64,000 bases of DNA from Octopus sinensis (Eukaryota): NCBI RefSeq assembly GCF_006345805.1, contig NC_043023.1, positions 20,708,001 through 20,772,000 on the forward strand. The letters are read 5' to 3'. This document shows positions 1 to 11,240 of the stretch, in pieces. Numbering within the stretch: the stretch's first letter is position 1; the number at the start of each line of letters is the position of its first letter. The notes under the pieces are model-generated. The model ran no database searches. It was not told the origin of the DNA and saw only the letters and a list, made by a program, of their open reading frames with translations. The position numbers were made by a program, and so were the translations under genes.

Positions 1-500
1 AAGTTTCAATGAAAATAATAATGCAAATATATATATATATATATTTGTGCGTATGTGTTTGTCCCCCGACATCGCTTGACAACCGATGTTGCTTTGTTTA
101 CGTCCCCGTCACTTAGCAGTTCGGCAAGAGATACCGATCGAATAAGTACTAGGCTTACAAAGAATAAGTCCCGGGGTCGATTTGCTTAACTAAAAGCGGT
201 GCTCCAGCATGGCCACAGTCAATTGACTGAAACAAATAAAAGAAGAAGAAGGTGGCAAGCTGGCAGACTCATTAAGATGTTGGGCAAAATGCTTAGCAGC
301 ATTTCTTCATCTTTATGTTCTGGGTTCAAATTCTGCCAAAGTTGGCTTTGCCATTCACCCCTTCGGGGTTGATAAAACAAGTGCTAGTTTATCACTGGGG
401 TCCCTTCCCTTGACACTGCTGCCTTTGTGTCAAAATTTTAAACCATTATTAGTATTATTATTTTTACTAATTTGTTTACTTTTTTTGCTCTTAATTTCAG

Positions 501-695
501 TTGCCAATTGGCCGTGTTTGTATCGATTACTATCGTAAACTACAGCGACAGTGTGTGTTTTCACACGAAGAGTTGATCTGTAAGATGGCCGCAGACCCAG
601 ACAGCCTGGACTTCCACTTGGCCGCTGCCACACACAAAGACATGTTGGTGATGGTCGACGATGAGAAGAAACTTCGTAAACGGCTGTTGGATATG
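501..695 (+). CDS. KDM5: KDM5 lysine-specific demethylase 5, exon a (end of JmjC/helical region)
   Basis: tttcag acceptor at 500 and GTAAG donor at 696; [34 protein letters not shown] matches the KDM5 '[13 protein letters not shown]' motif; 195 nt, phase 0/0. Confidence 0.95.
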
Positions 696-777
696 GTAAG
701 TGGGGGTCGGAAGAGGAGGAAGGTGATGGTTGACAGTCCCTGGGACAAGCAACTTTGGTTGGTAATGGGTGGTAATA

Positions 778-1367
778 GGCGGCGAGCTGGCAGAACCGTT
801 AGCACGCCAGGCGAAATGCGTAGCCGTATTTTGTCTGTCGCTATGTTCTGAGTTCAAATTCCGCCGACGTCGACTTTGCCTTTCATCCTTTCGGGGTCGA
901 TAACTTAAGTACCAGTTACGCAGTAGGGTCGATATAATCGACTTAATCCCTTTGTCTGACCTTGTTTGTCCTCTCTGTGTTTACCCCTTGTGGGTAGTAA
1001 AGAAATAGGTATTACGTTCTGAGTTCAAATTCTGCCGAGGTTGACTTTGCCTTTCATCCTTTCGGGGTCGATAACTTAAGTACCAGTTACGCACTGGGGT
1101 CGATATAATCGACTTAATCCCTTTGTCTGACCTTGTTTGTCCCCTCTGTGTTTAGCCCCTCGTGGGTAGTAAAGAAATAGGTATTTCGTCCAGCATTACG
1201 TTCTGAGTTCAAATTCTGCCGAGGTTGACTTTGCCTTTCATCCTTTCGGGATCAATAAATAAAGTACCTGTTTCGCACTGGGGGTTGATGTAATCGACTT
1301 AATTCGTTTGTCTGTCCTTGTTTGTCCCCTCTGTGTTTAGCACCTTGTGGGTAATAAAGAAATAAAT
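778..1367 (+). mobile_element. tRNA-derived SINE family A, one head + 3 tandem bodies
   Basis: ggcggcgagctggcaga head, gagttcaaattcc B-box-like motif, body repeated. Confidence 0.8.
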
Positions 1368-2330
1368 CGGTGGTCACTTTTGATTTCTGTTCTCTACCCT
1401 CCTCCACCTGTACATTATGTCTTACCTATAGATTTATTTTCATGTATCTCTCACCCACCCACCCATCTTTTCCACCAATGGCAACGTTGCATGTCAACCA
1501 GTCCAAAAGAAATCCCGACACACAAAGCTATTTAAAAGTCACCAACAGCTCTGTGGACTACATTGAACCATTTGTTACTTTATTTCTAATTATTCCAATT
1601 AAACTTTATATCGTTAATTTAGACACAAGTAAAAATATATTTACTGAGATCATTGGTGATGTGTCGTGATTGAGAAGAACTGTCAAGCCAAGTGAAATTG
1701 TAGTTGTAGGCTGAGGCCAGAACTTGTGCCGGTGGCGTGTAAATAGCACCTTCTGGGCGTTGGGCCTCACGGAAGCAATGTGGCCGATACCAGTGCTGTG
1801 TACCCAGCACAGGTGCTGGGTGTGTGTAAAAAGCACCTGCTGAGCGTTGGGCCTCATGGAGGCAATGTGGCCGATGCCAATGTTGTGCACCTGGCACCTA
1901 TGTTGGTGGCGTATAGAAGGCACTTTTTGAGTGTTGGACATTATGGAGGTAATGATAAATTGGCCAAGACCTTTGGCGATATGGTGTGCTTGAAAAGAAG
2001 ACCCATGAAGCTAAGTGGAATCATAGTCATGGCAGATACTGATGTCACACAACTGGCACTTATGATGGTGGCACATAAAAGCACCCATTACACTTTTGGA
2101 GTGGTTGGCATTAGGAAGCGCATCCAGCTGTAGAAGCCCTGCCAAATCAGACTGGAGCCTGGTGCAGCCCCTTAGCTTATCAGCCCTTGTCAAACTGTCA
2201 AACCCATGCCAGTATGGACAATGGACGTTGAAAGATGATGGTAAGTAAGGACATAAATAAAAAAAAAAGGTGGTAAAAGAATCAGTACTCAAATCCCAGA
2301 GGTAGAGCAGTATGCTTTTATTAATCTCAA

Positions 2331-2496
2331 AGGCGCAGGAGTGGCTGTGTGGTAAGTAGCTTGCTTACTAGCCACATGGTTCCGGGTTCAGTCCCACTGC
2401 GTGGCACCTTGGGCAACTGTCTTTTACTATAGCATCGGGCTGACCAAAGCCTTGTGAGTGGATTTGGTAGACGGAAACTGGAAGAAGCCCGTCGTA

Positions 2497-2527
<31 letters not shown>

Positions 2528-2925
2528 TATAGGCACAGGAGTGGTTGTGTGGTAAGTAGCTTGCTTACCAACCACATGGTTCCGGGTTCAGTCCCACTGC
2601 ATGGCACATTGGGCAAGTGTCTTCTACTATAGCCTTGGGCTGACCAAAGCCTTGTGAGTGGATTTGGTAGACGGAAACTGGAAGAAGCCCTTCGTACGTA
2701 TATATGTATATATATATGTTTGTGTGTCTGTGTTTGTTCCCCCACCATTGCTTGACAACCGATGGTGGTGTGTTTACGTCCCCGTAACTTAGCGGTTCAG
2801 CAAAAGAGACTGATAGAATAAGTACTAGGCTTACAAAGAATAAGTCCCGGGGTCGATTTACTCGACTAAAAGGCGGTGCTCCAGCATGGCCGCAGGCAAA
2901 TGACTGAAACAAGTAAAAGAGTAAA
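2331..2925 (+). mobile_element. tRNA-derived SINE family B (partial + full copy)
   Basis: ggagtggctgtgtggtaag head, gggttcagtccc B-box-like motif, internal microsatellite, gactgaaacaagtaaaag tail. Confidence 0.8.
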
Positions 2926-3032
2926 CTGTTATTTCAGAGTCCCCCCCCCCCCGTTAAATGTTTGTTGTACGGTTGGGATCATGCTGTCAGTCTCATCTTC
3001 ATCCTTGTCTCGTCCATCGTCTGTTTCCGCAG

Positions 3033-3147
3033 GGCACCACTGATGCTGAAAGAGAGGCCTTCGAGCTTTTGCCAGATGACGAGAGGCAGTGCGACTACTG
3101 CAAAACCACCTGTTTTCTTTCTGCCGTCACTTGCCCCTGTCGACCAA
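3033..3147 (+). CDS. KDM5: KDM5 exon b (C5HC2 zinc finger, N-part)
   Basis: ccgcag/GTAAGT; [38 protein letters not shown]; phase 0/1. Confidence 0.95.
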
Positions 3148-3247
3148 GTAAGTACACATCACAAGGTAACCGCTGGTGCTGTCTGTCTGTGTGTGTGTGT
3201 GTGTTTGTGTTTGTGTGTGTCTATCTGTGTGTGTGTTTGTGTGTGTG

Positions 3248-3285
<38 letters not shown>

Positions 3286-3574
3286 TGTGTGTGTGTGTGT
3301 CTGTGTGTGTGTCTGTGTGTGTGTGTGTGTCTGTGTGTGTGTGTGTGTATGTGTGTGCGCATATCCAACGTATTTCTTTGGTGTATGTGTTAAATTTGTT
3401 GCAGCAATCACAGAGCTGGTATTCACCATGTTGTGTGGACACTACAGTATGTGAGGAGGTGGAGATGAAATAATGTATTAGTATGTGATTTGTGTGTGTA
3501 TACAGGCAACTACAACGTTATACGATAGTCACACTAAGAAGAATTCTGCCATAATACAAAATGTAAAAATCGAA

Positions 3575-4405
3575 ATCTTTCAACATCAATGGAAATTGTA
3601 GCTGAGATACCAGTGCCGATAGCACGTAAGAGAACCGTCCGAACGTGGCCGTTGCCAGCACTGCCCCGACTGGCCTCTGTGCCGGTGGCATGTAAAAAGC
3701 ACCATTCGATCGTGGCCGTTTGCCAGCCTCGTCTGGCACCTGTACAGGTGGCATGTAAAAAGCACCCACTACACTCTCGGAGTGGTTGGCGTTAGGAAGG
3801 GCATCCAGCTGTAGAAACACTGCCAGATCAGATTGGGGCCTGGCGCAGCCTCATGGTTTCCCAGACCCCAGTTGAACCGTCCAACCCATGCTAGCATGGA
3901 AAACGGACGTTAAACGATGATGATGAATTTCCTCATTGATTTCGTGTTGGTTGACTTCTATGTAACTACCAGCGTCGCCTAGCCTGATCGTTAACCAACG
4001 TCGCCATACTGGCACTTGTGCAGGTGGCACGTAAAAAAAAGCCCATTTGTGCATGGCTGTTGCCAGTACTGCCTGACTGGCCCCGTGCCGGTGGCATGTA
4101 AAAAAAACCCCACCATTTGGGCATGGCTGTTGCCAGTACTGCCTGACTGGCCCCGTGCCGGTGGCATGTAAAAAAAAAACCCCACCATTTGGGCATGGCT
4201 GTTGCCAGTACTGGCTGACTGGCCCCGTGCCGGTGGCATGTAAAAGCACCCACTACACTCTCGGAGTGGTTGGCGTTAGGAAGGGCATCCAGCTGTAGAA
4301 ACTGCCAGATCAAGATTGGATCCTGGTGCAGCCTCCTGGCTCGCCAGCCCACAGTCAAACCGTCCATTGAAAAGCATAGAAAGCAGACGTTAAAACGATG
4401 ATGAT
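3575..4405 (+). mobile_element. two RTE 3'-UTR-derived repeats (family C)
   Basis: match the 3' UTR of the RTE at 61420-61900 (cccactacactctcggagtggttggcgttaggaagggcatccagctg...(GAT)n); further + copies at about 1714-2240, 12050-12220, 15635-15900, 42030-42200. Confidence 0.78.
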
Positions 4406-4482
4406 GTTGTGTTGGCAGCCTGTATACACACACGCACACTGGCGTCCGCATATACTGATGCATTTCATCTGCTCATCCGCAG

Positions 4483-4680
4483 ACACTGTAATGTGCATCC
4501 ACCATGTTGAGTACCTCTGTGATTGCCATCCGTCGCATCACTGTCTCCGATATCGCTACACGCTAGACGAACTTCCAGCCATGCTGCACCGAATCAAGGT
4601 ACGAGCGGAGTGTTTCGACACTTGGAGGACCCGGGCCAAGCAGGTTTTGTCACCGTTGGAGTCTGATGGTACTAAAGTGG
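4483..4680 (+). CDS. KDM5: KDM5 exon c (C5HC2 C-part, start of PLU-1)
   Basis: ccgcag/GTAAGT; TVMCIHHVEYLCDCHPSHHCLRYRYTLDELPAMLHRIKVRAECFDTW; phase 1/1. Confidence 0.95.
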
Positions 4681-4785
4681 GTAAGTTGAGAAATTTTTTT
4701 TTTATTAACACCACCCCCCTCCTTCACTAAATATACCTTCTACAGTCCTGCTGTCATTTAGATTATAACACTTCCTCTTAAAAAG

Positions 4786-5567
4786 GGCGGCGAGCTGGCA
4801 GACACATTAGCGTGCTGGGCGAAATGTTTAGCGGTATTTCGTCTGTTGTTACGTTCTGAGTTCAAATTCCACCGAGGTCGACTTTGCCTTCATCCTTTCG
4901 GGGTTGATAAATTAAGTACCAGTTACGCACTGGGGTCAATGTAATTGACTTAATCCGTTTGTCTGTCCTTGATTGTCCTCTCTGTGTTTAGCCCCTTGTG
5001 GGTAGTAAAGAATTAGGTATTTCGTCTGTCGTTACGTTCTGAGTTCAAGTTCCGCCAAGGTCGACTTTGCCTTTCATCCTTTCGGGGTCGATAAATTAAG
5101 TACCAGTTACGCACTGGGGTCAATATAATTGACTTAATCCGTTTGTCTGTCCTTGATTGTCCTCTCTGTGTTTAGCCCCTTGTGGGTAGTAAAGAATTAG
5201 GTATTTCGTCTGTCGTTACGTTCTGAGTTCAAGTTCCGCCAAGGTCGACTTTGCCTTTCATCCTTTCAGGGTCGATAAATTAAGTACCAGTTACGCACTG
5301 GGGTCAATATAATTGACTTAATCCCTTTGTCTGTCCTTGTTTGTCCTCTCTGTGTTTAGCCCCTTGTGGGTAGTAAAGAATTAGGTATTTCGTCTGTCGT
5401 TACGTTCTGAGTTCAAGTTCCGCCAAGGTCGACTTTGCCTTTCATCCTTTCGGGGTCGATAAATTAAGTACCAGTTACGCACTGGGGTCAATATAATTGA
5501 CTTAATCCGTTTGTCTGTCCTTGATTGTCCTCTCTGTGTTTAGCCCCTTGTGGGCAATAAAGAAATA
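4786..5567 (+). mobile_element. SINE family A, one head + 4 tandem bodies (about 182 bp)
   Basis: as 778-1367. Confidence 0.8.
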
Positions 5568-5822
5568 TGTAACACTTCCTCTTAAAAGGGCTGCTGGTCC
5601 CTCATAAGGTCAACCTCCCATCTGTTGTTGGAGCTTAATTACAGCTGAGTGGTCTGAGCCAGTGTGGAAACAAGTCTTTTGCTCAAAAAAGAAACAAAAG
5701 AAAAAGAAAAAAGAAAAGACAATGCATTGCTGCTCTGTCTGGAATTTGAAACCTTGATCTTACAAATACATTTTATCCACTAGGCCACAGCCCTAGTGAT
5801 CGTCATCAGCAGCAACAGCAGT

Positions 5823-6215
5823 GGAGGCACAGTGGCCCAGTGGTTAGGGCAGCAGACTCGCAGTTTCAATTCCCAGACCGGGCGTTGTGTGTGTTTATTG
5901 AGTGAAAACCCTTAAAGCTCCATGAGGCTCTGGCAGGGGGTGGTGGCGACCCCTGTTGTACTCTTTCGCTCCAACTTTCTCTCACTCTTTCTTCCTGTTT
6001 CTTGTCCCCGACTTCCTACGCAACCGCTGAGCCTGGATGCGCATTCATCCATCTGTCGATGCTTTAGGTGTCGGGGGTTGACCTGCTTTCTCTTCTGCAG
6101 GTCTTACGAATAGCAAAGGACCACGTTTCGGACTTCTCCCACGAAGACCGCTTCGCTCACCAAACAAACAAAGAAGCAGCGACCGGAGCATGGGAAAGAA
6201 GATGTTAAATGAGAA
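5823..6215 (+). mobile_element. tRNA-derived SINE family G
   Basis: ggcacagtggcccagtggttagg...gtttc(a/g)attcccagaccggg head; related copies at 8085-8388 (+), 23048-23440 (+), about 40072-40362 (-). Confidence 0.72.
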
Positions 6216-6288
6216 GAAGAAGATGATGATGATGATGATGCTATTGGTGATGATGTAAAGTTATATTTGTGTGTTTTCATAATTTCAG

Positions 6289-6439
6289 ATCTGGAAGAAC
6301 TGAGGGAGTTAATTAACGAGGCTGAGACGAAGCATTTCCCAGATTCTTCCTTACTCGAGCGTCTCAACAATGTGGTGGTGGAGGCCGAGAAATGTGCCCT
6401 GGTTGCCAACCAACTGGTCTCGAAGAAGGTCAGGACAAG
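6289..6439 (+). CDS. KDM5: KDM5 exon d (PLU-1)
   Basis: tttcag/GTAAG; DLEELRELINEAETKHFPDSSLLERLNNVVVEAEKCALVANQLVSKKVRTR; phase 1/2. Confidence 0.93.
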
Positions 6440-6584
6440 GTAAGCGCAGTGGTGGTTGTGTCTGGGTTGTTGTTTTTAACATGATGAGTAAACGATGAGA
6501 TGGGCACGGCTGGAACGTCTTTGATTCTAGCTGTTTCGATCAGGGCTGATTTGGCTTAAACAGTAACTGAACTCGCCAACATTG

Positions 6585-7111
6585 TTCGACCGTGGTCGAG
6601 ACAATGGAATTTACTATGTTACGCCAGACCTCACGGTCCATCATAGCATCACGGAGGTCCTGTTGCTGGATGCCTGTATCTCTGGAGATTACATCAGGGT
6701 AGGAGAGTGTGCGGCCTCTGGTATTGCGACCGTGGTCGAGACAATGGAATTTACTATGTTACGCCAGACTTCACGGTCCATCATAGCATCACGGAGGTCC
6801 TGTTGCTGGATGCCTGTATCCCTGGATATTACATCAGGGTAGGAGAGTGTGCGCCCTCTGGTATCGCGAGTAGATGGCTTCCAGAGGAGAAGAGTAGAAA
6901 TTACCTTGTTTTCAGCTCTACAACAATATCCAGCAAACTGGACTCTTCTACCTTTCACAAGAGATGATGCAGGTGGTAGTTTCCCATATATTTGCATTTT
7001 GGTTGGATGGCGCCTCCACGAGAGATTTTGAGCTCTCATAAGGAGACAAGTGTAGGTTCCATCGAAACCGCCTCTCAAGCTTCTTTGATAACGTTCAGGT
7101 TTCTGAGCCAT
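6585..7111 (-). mobile_element. RTE(-X)-type LINE 3' fragment with partial duplication of its 3' end
   Basis: ORF 6689-7111: LMRAQNLSWRRHPT...RGRTLSYPDVISRDTG...MMDREVWR. Confidence 0.75.
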
Positions 7112-7189
7112 AGAGTAGAATTGGTTCGACTGTGGCTTTGAAGATTAATAACTGAATTAGCTTGACACGATCTACTCTATACTCTTCCT

Positions 7190-7580
7190 CTTTTATTGCT
7201 TCAGTCATTTGACTGTGGCCATGCTGGAGCACCGCCTTTAGTCGAGCAAATCGACCCCAGGACTTATTCTTAGTAAGCCTAGTACTTATTCTATCGGTCT
7301 CTTTTGCCGAACCGCTAAGTTACAGGGATGTAAACACACCAGCATCGGTTGTGAAGCGATGTTGGGGGGGACAAACACACACACACATATACACATATAT
7401 ACACACATATATATATATACATTATATACGACGGGCTTCTTTCAGTTTCCGCCTACCAAATCCACTCACAAGGCATTGGTCGGCCCGGGGCTATAGCAGA
7501 AGACACTTGCCCAAGGTGCCACGCAGTGAGACTGAACCCGGAACCATGTGGTTGGTAAGCAAGCTACTTACCACACAGCC
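7190..7580 (-). mobile_element. SINE family B
   Basis: reverse complement of the 2531-2925 type. Confidence 0.8.
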
Positions 7581-8031
7581 ACAAGCATATATTTCTGAAC
7601 CCTACCCGTCTGATGGTGGTGGTGGTGGTGGCTTTGTACCTGAAATATATATATAAAAAAAAGCTTGCTCGATTTATTTTTATATTTGTATTGTTAGAAA
7701 CTCTCCACTTTGCTTTTCTGTTTGAAATAAAAACAAAAAGCTTTGTAGAAGGGGAGATAACTACGGCGATTCTCTCCAAATGTTCCATTGAAGTCCTCGG
7801 TGGAGGTCATTTGGGTTTTGTTGCAACAGAAAATGATGTTTTAGCTCGATTTACAACTCCCTGATGCCTTCCATTTGTCCCCTGTGTTCCTTTAATTAGG
7901 GCATTAGGTTTCATCTAATTTAATCCAACTTCAGCCTTGTAATGCTTTTATGTTTAGACGATAAACAGCTCCCCTTATGTGTGTGTGTGTGTGTGTGTGT
8001 ATTTTTGACTATTTTGCTACAGCCCTTGTTG

Positions 8032-8081
<50 letters not shown>

Positions 8082-8383
8082 GTGTGGAGGTGCAATGGCC
8101 CAGTGGTTAGGGCAGTGGACTCGCGGTCGTAGGATCGCGGTTTCGATTCCCAGACCGGGCGTTGTAAGTGTTTATTGGGCGAAAACACCTAAAACTCCAC
8201 GAAGCTCCGGCAGGGGGTGGTGGTGATCCCTGCTGTACTCTATCGCCGCAAATTTCTCTCACTCTTTCTTCTGTTGGCCTGCTCGCTTAGCCAGCGGGGT
8301 GGCATCATTTGAAGGCTAAAACAATGTGAAGCACATTGTGACCAGCGATGTGTAGCAACATCTGATAGCCTGGTCGGTCACGG

Positions 8384-8435
<52 letters not shown>

Positions 8436-8619
8436 TAAGCAATAAGGGTTTAGCAACGAATTGCCTTACCACATACCGAATTTAGAAATAGCAGTCAAAG
8501 GGTTATAGCTATTTCTTCTACTAAAAAGGGAGATCTCAGTAAAAACAGCATTTGGAAGGCAGACACAAACAGGTAAGAGAGAATGAATTGACTGCAATCT
8601 ATCATACATTTTTTAGTTA

Positions 8620-8726
8620 TCCACGGACGTACGTTTCGAAATCAAGTTTTAAGGAAAGCATAAGAATTAAATATTAAATATTAAATAATTCTATCTTACC
8701 GAAACTTCTTTTCTCTTCAGCGTGGA
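8620..8726 (-). ncRNA. type I hammerhead ribozyme motif (left arm)
   Basis: minus strand: tccacg-CTGAAGA-G...C-GAAA-C-GTAC-GTC-cgtgga; stem I 6 bp perfect, long stem II, palindromic GTAC loop on a 2-bp stem III. Confidence 0.72.
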
Positions 8727-8892
8727 ATACTATAATCATAAATGATTATATATTGAATTTTGAGATACTAGGAGGCACCAACTCAACTCAGTATCAGAGC
8801 GAGCTAGAATCTAGCTCGCTCTGATACTGAGTTGAGTTTGGTGCCTTCTGGTATCTCAAAATTCAATATATAATCATTTATGATTATAGTAT

Positions 8893-8999
8893 TCTACGCT
8901 GAAGAGAAAAGAAGTTTCGGTAAGATAGAATTATTTAATATTTAATATTTAATTCTTATGCTTTCCTTAAAACTTGATTTCGAAACGTACGTCCGTGGA
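8893..8999 (+). ncRNA. type I hammerhead ribozyme motif (right arm, sense to KDM5 pre-mRNA)
   Basis: CTGAAGA 8899-8905, GAAA 8982-8985, GTAC loop, GTC cleavage triplet 8991-8993; stem I tctacg/cgtgga with one G.U. Confidence 0.7.
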
Positions 9000-9373
9000 T
9001 AACTAAAAAAATGTATGATAGATTGCAGTCAATTCATTCTCTCTTACCTGTTTGTGTCTGCCTTCCAAATGCTGTTTTTACTGAGATCTCCCTTTTTAGT
9101 AGAAGAAATAGCTATAACCCTTTGACTGCTATTTCTAAATTCGGTATGTGGTAAGGCAATTCGTTGCTAAACCCTTATTGCTTAGTATTACTTAAATTTT
9201 CCTCGAATGAGGCTTTTACATGCCGAAGACTACTTGGTGTAATTGATAATTTTTCCAAATTAATTAATTTCACCCTTCATTATTACTATATATATATATA
9301 TATATATATTGGTAAAAATGGTAAGATAACAAAAGAAAGAAAGAGACCTCGTTATTATGTAAATAGAGGAATT

Positions 9374-9596
9374 TATCTGTAAATGTAATATGTAACAATT
9401 ATTCGTAGCCAATATAAAACTCTGAGTTTCGGATGCTGAGGTGGAAATCCACAACACCATCTCTTTGGTTCACCATCTCTTCACTTATATGGCCGGATAA
9501 CTGAAGAGATGGTGGTGTGGATTTCCACCTCAGCATCCAAAACTCAGAGTTTTATCTTGGCTACCGAATAATTGTCACATATTACATTTACAGATA
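9374..9596. mobile_element. small foldback element with degenerate hammerhead motifs
   Basis: arms about 9374-9464 and 9503-9596; right arm gataa-CTGAAGA-GATG...CATC-c-AAAAC-TCAGA-GTT-ttatc. Confidence 0.65.
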
Positions 9597-9613
9597 TATA
9601 TAGATAATAATTT

Positions 9614-10034
9614 TTATAATTAGGGTTCAGCAAAAAAATTTGCTTCACCACATACCGAAATTTAGAAATAGCAGCTAAAGAAACAAGCTATTTCTCAACC
9701 ATAAGAAAATCTCCCAGATAACATATACTCAAAAACCTTTCACATAGGTAAAGAGAAAAAACAACAAAATCCACTCAGCAATTTGGTTGACTGTGGATGC
9801 GTTTCAGAGTGAGATAGATTTGAAAAATGCAAAGATCACATTTCCATTCCCATCATTCTTGCTCTTCAGCACAGTACTTCAAGATTTTAAATTTGAGAGC
9901 CTATGTGAAAGGTTTTTGAGTATATGTTATCTGGGAGATTTTCTTATGGTTGAGAAATAGCTTGTTTCTTTGGCTGCTATTTCTAAATTTCGGTATGTGG
10001 TGAAGCAAATTTTTTTGATGAACCCTAATTATAA
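9614..10034. mobile_element. inverted-repeat element (135-bp arms) with a degenerate hammerhead in the spacer
   Basis: arms 9614-9748 and 9900-10034 share 'accacataccgaa.tttagaaatagcag' with the 8433 element; minus strand 9790-9875 reads actgtg-CTGAAGA...GAAACGCATC-cacagt. Confidence 0.7.
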
Positions 10035-10170
10035 TTATACTCATAATTATAAAAATTATTCTTTTAAGTTTATCGATAATGGTCCTTTTAACATGCTGAA
10101 ACTACTTGGTAGAATTATTAATTAATTAATTAATTTTACCCTTAATTATTATTGATTTTATATATATATA

Positions 10171-10555
10171 TACTAGCAGTATCGCCCAGTTTGCTCGGGT
10201 TTGTTTCGACCCTTTAGAATTGGAATTTTTGAAAAGTAAAAATTTTGCATTATGTAGCTTGTTATTCTCTTTAAGTGAACATTTTTCTGGTTGAAATACG
10301 TTGAAAACTGGCGACACAGCAGTCAAAAAATAGTAAAAAATAGGGATTTTCATAGAAAAAAAAGCACCTTTTTGATGTAAATAATTTTTGGTGTTAACAT
10401 GGTCCGATTTGAATTTTTTCTTCTACGGAAGGAAGAGCAAGCCTTCTTCTATCATACTCTCAATGTTGGTCAACTTGCGCCGCAGGGTCTCAGAAAAGAT
10501 AGTGTTAGTTGAAGGCTACCAAACCTGCCACACACAGACAACTTCAGCTTTATAT
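10171..10555 (-). mobile_element. non-autonomous Helitron-like element
   Basis: minus-strand 3' end cccgagcaaactggg hairpin + CTAG|T; same ends as 46396-46792. Confidence 0.6.
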
Positions 10556-10565
10556 ATATATATAT

Positions 10566-11000
10566 ATCATCATCATCATTTAGCGTCTGCTTTCCATGCT
10601 AGCATGGGTTGGACGGTTCAACTGGGGTCTGTGAAGCCAGAAGGCTGCATCAGGCCCAGTCTGATCTGGCAGTGTTTCTAAGGCTGGATGCCCTTCCTAA
10701 CGCCAACCACTTCGCGGGTGTAGTGGGTGCTTTTTACGTGCCACCCGCACAGGTGCCAGACGGTGCTGGCAAACGGCCAGGAACGGATGGTGCTTTTATG
10801 TGCCACCGGCACGGAGGCCAGTTGGGGCGGCGCTGGCAACAGCCATGAATGGATGGTGCTTTTTATGTGCCACCAGCACGGAGGCCAGTCGGGGCGGCGC
10901 TGGCAACGGCCACAATCGGATGGTTCGCTTACTTGTCACCGGCACTGGTATCACATCGGAATTTCCATTGATGTTAATCGACTTCGATTTTGGTTCTGCT
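10566..11000 (-). mobile_element. RTE 3'-UTR-derived repeat (family C), inverted
   Basis: reverse-complement copy; further - copies at about 11455-11880, 19101-19375, 20125-20388, 22170-22665. Confidence 0.78.
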
Positions 11001-11122
11001 TTCTGATTGATTTTGATTTTTTGTATATATATACACACACACACACACAGACACACACACACAAATGTATTATATATTGCTTGTGTATAATCGAGTGGGT
11101 TAACGGTGTTTTTGTTTTGCAG

Positions 11123-11240
11123 AAACAGGCAGGCTGGTGATGGCAAGTATGTAGCCAAACTGAGTTTAGAAGAACTGAAGTGTTTCTATGATCAAGTCAA
11201 CGATTTGCCTTGTATCATACCAGAAGCTAAACTAGTAAAG
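11123..11240 (+). CDS. KDM5: KDM5 exon e (PLU-1)
   Basis: ttgcag/GTATTT; RNRQAGDGKYVAKLSLEELKCFYDQVNDLPCIIPEAKLVK; phase 2/0. Confidence 0.92.

Larger units (their letters stand above)
8433..9187. mobile_element. foldback (palindromic) element with a hammerhead motif in each arm, probably Penelope-like derived
   Basis: arms of about 376 bp nearly perfectly complementary around a 3-nt loop (AAT, 8808-8810); left flank is (TA)n. Confidence 0.85.

Noticed and set aside
3127-3454. VC/HT-repeat ORFs (also at about 35800-36276, 40318-40595, 44812-45320, 56554-57153, 62345-63799)
   Set aside because: Translations of (GT)n, (CT)n, (TA)n and (TACA)n microsatellites
8085-8170. tRNA-like sequences at SINE heads
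   Set aside because: A/B-box-like motifs run straight into repeat bodies with many diverged copies; no complete cloverleaf seen
8433-9187. All three arm substitutions give G.U pairs on the + strand (possible editing or selection signature)
   Set aside because: Only three events, and the 48944 and 58062 palindromes show A.C and T.T mismatches on +, so there is no consistent bias
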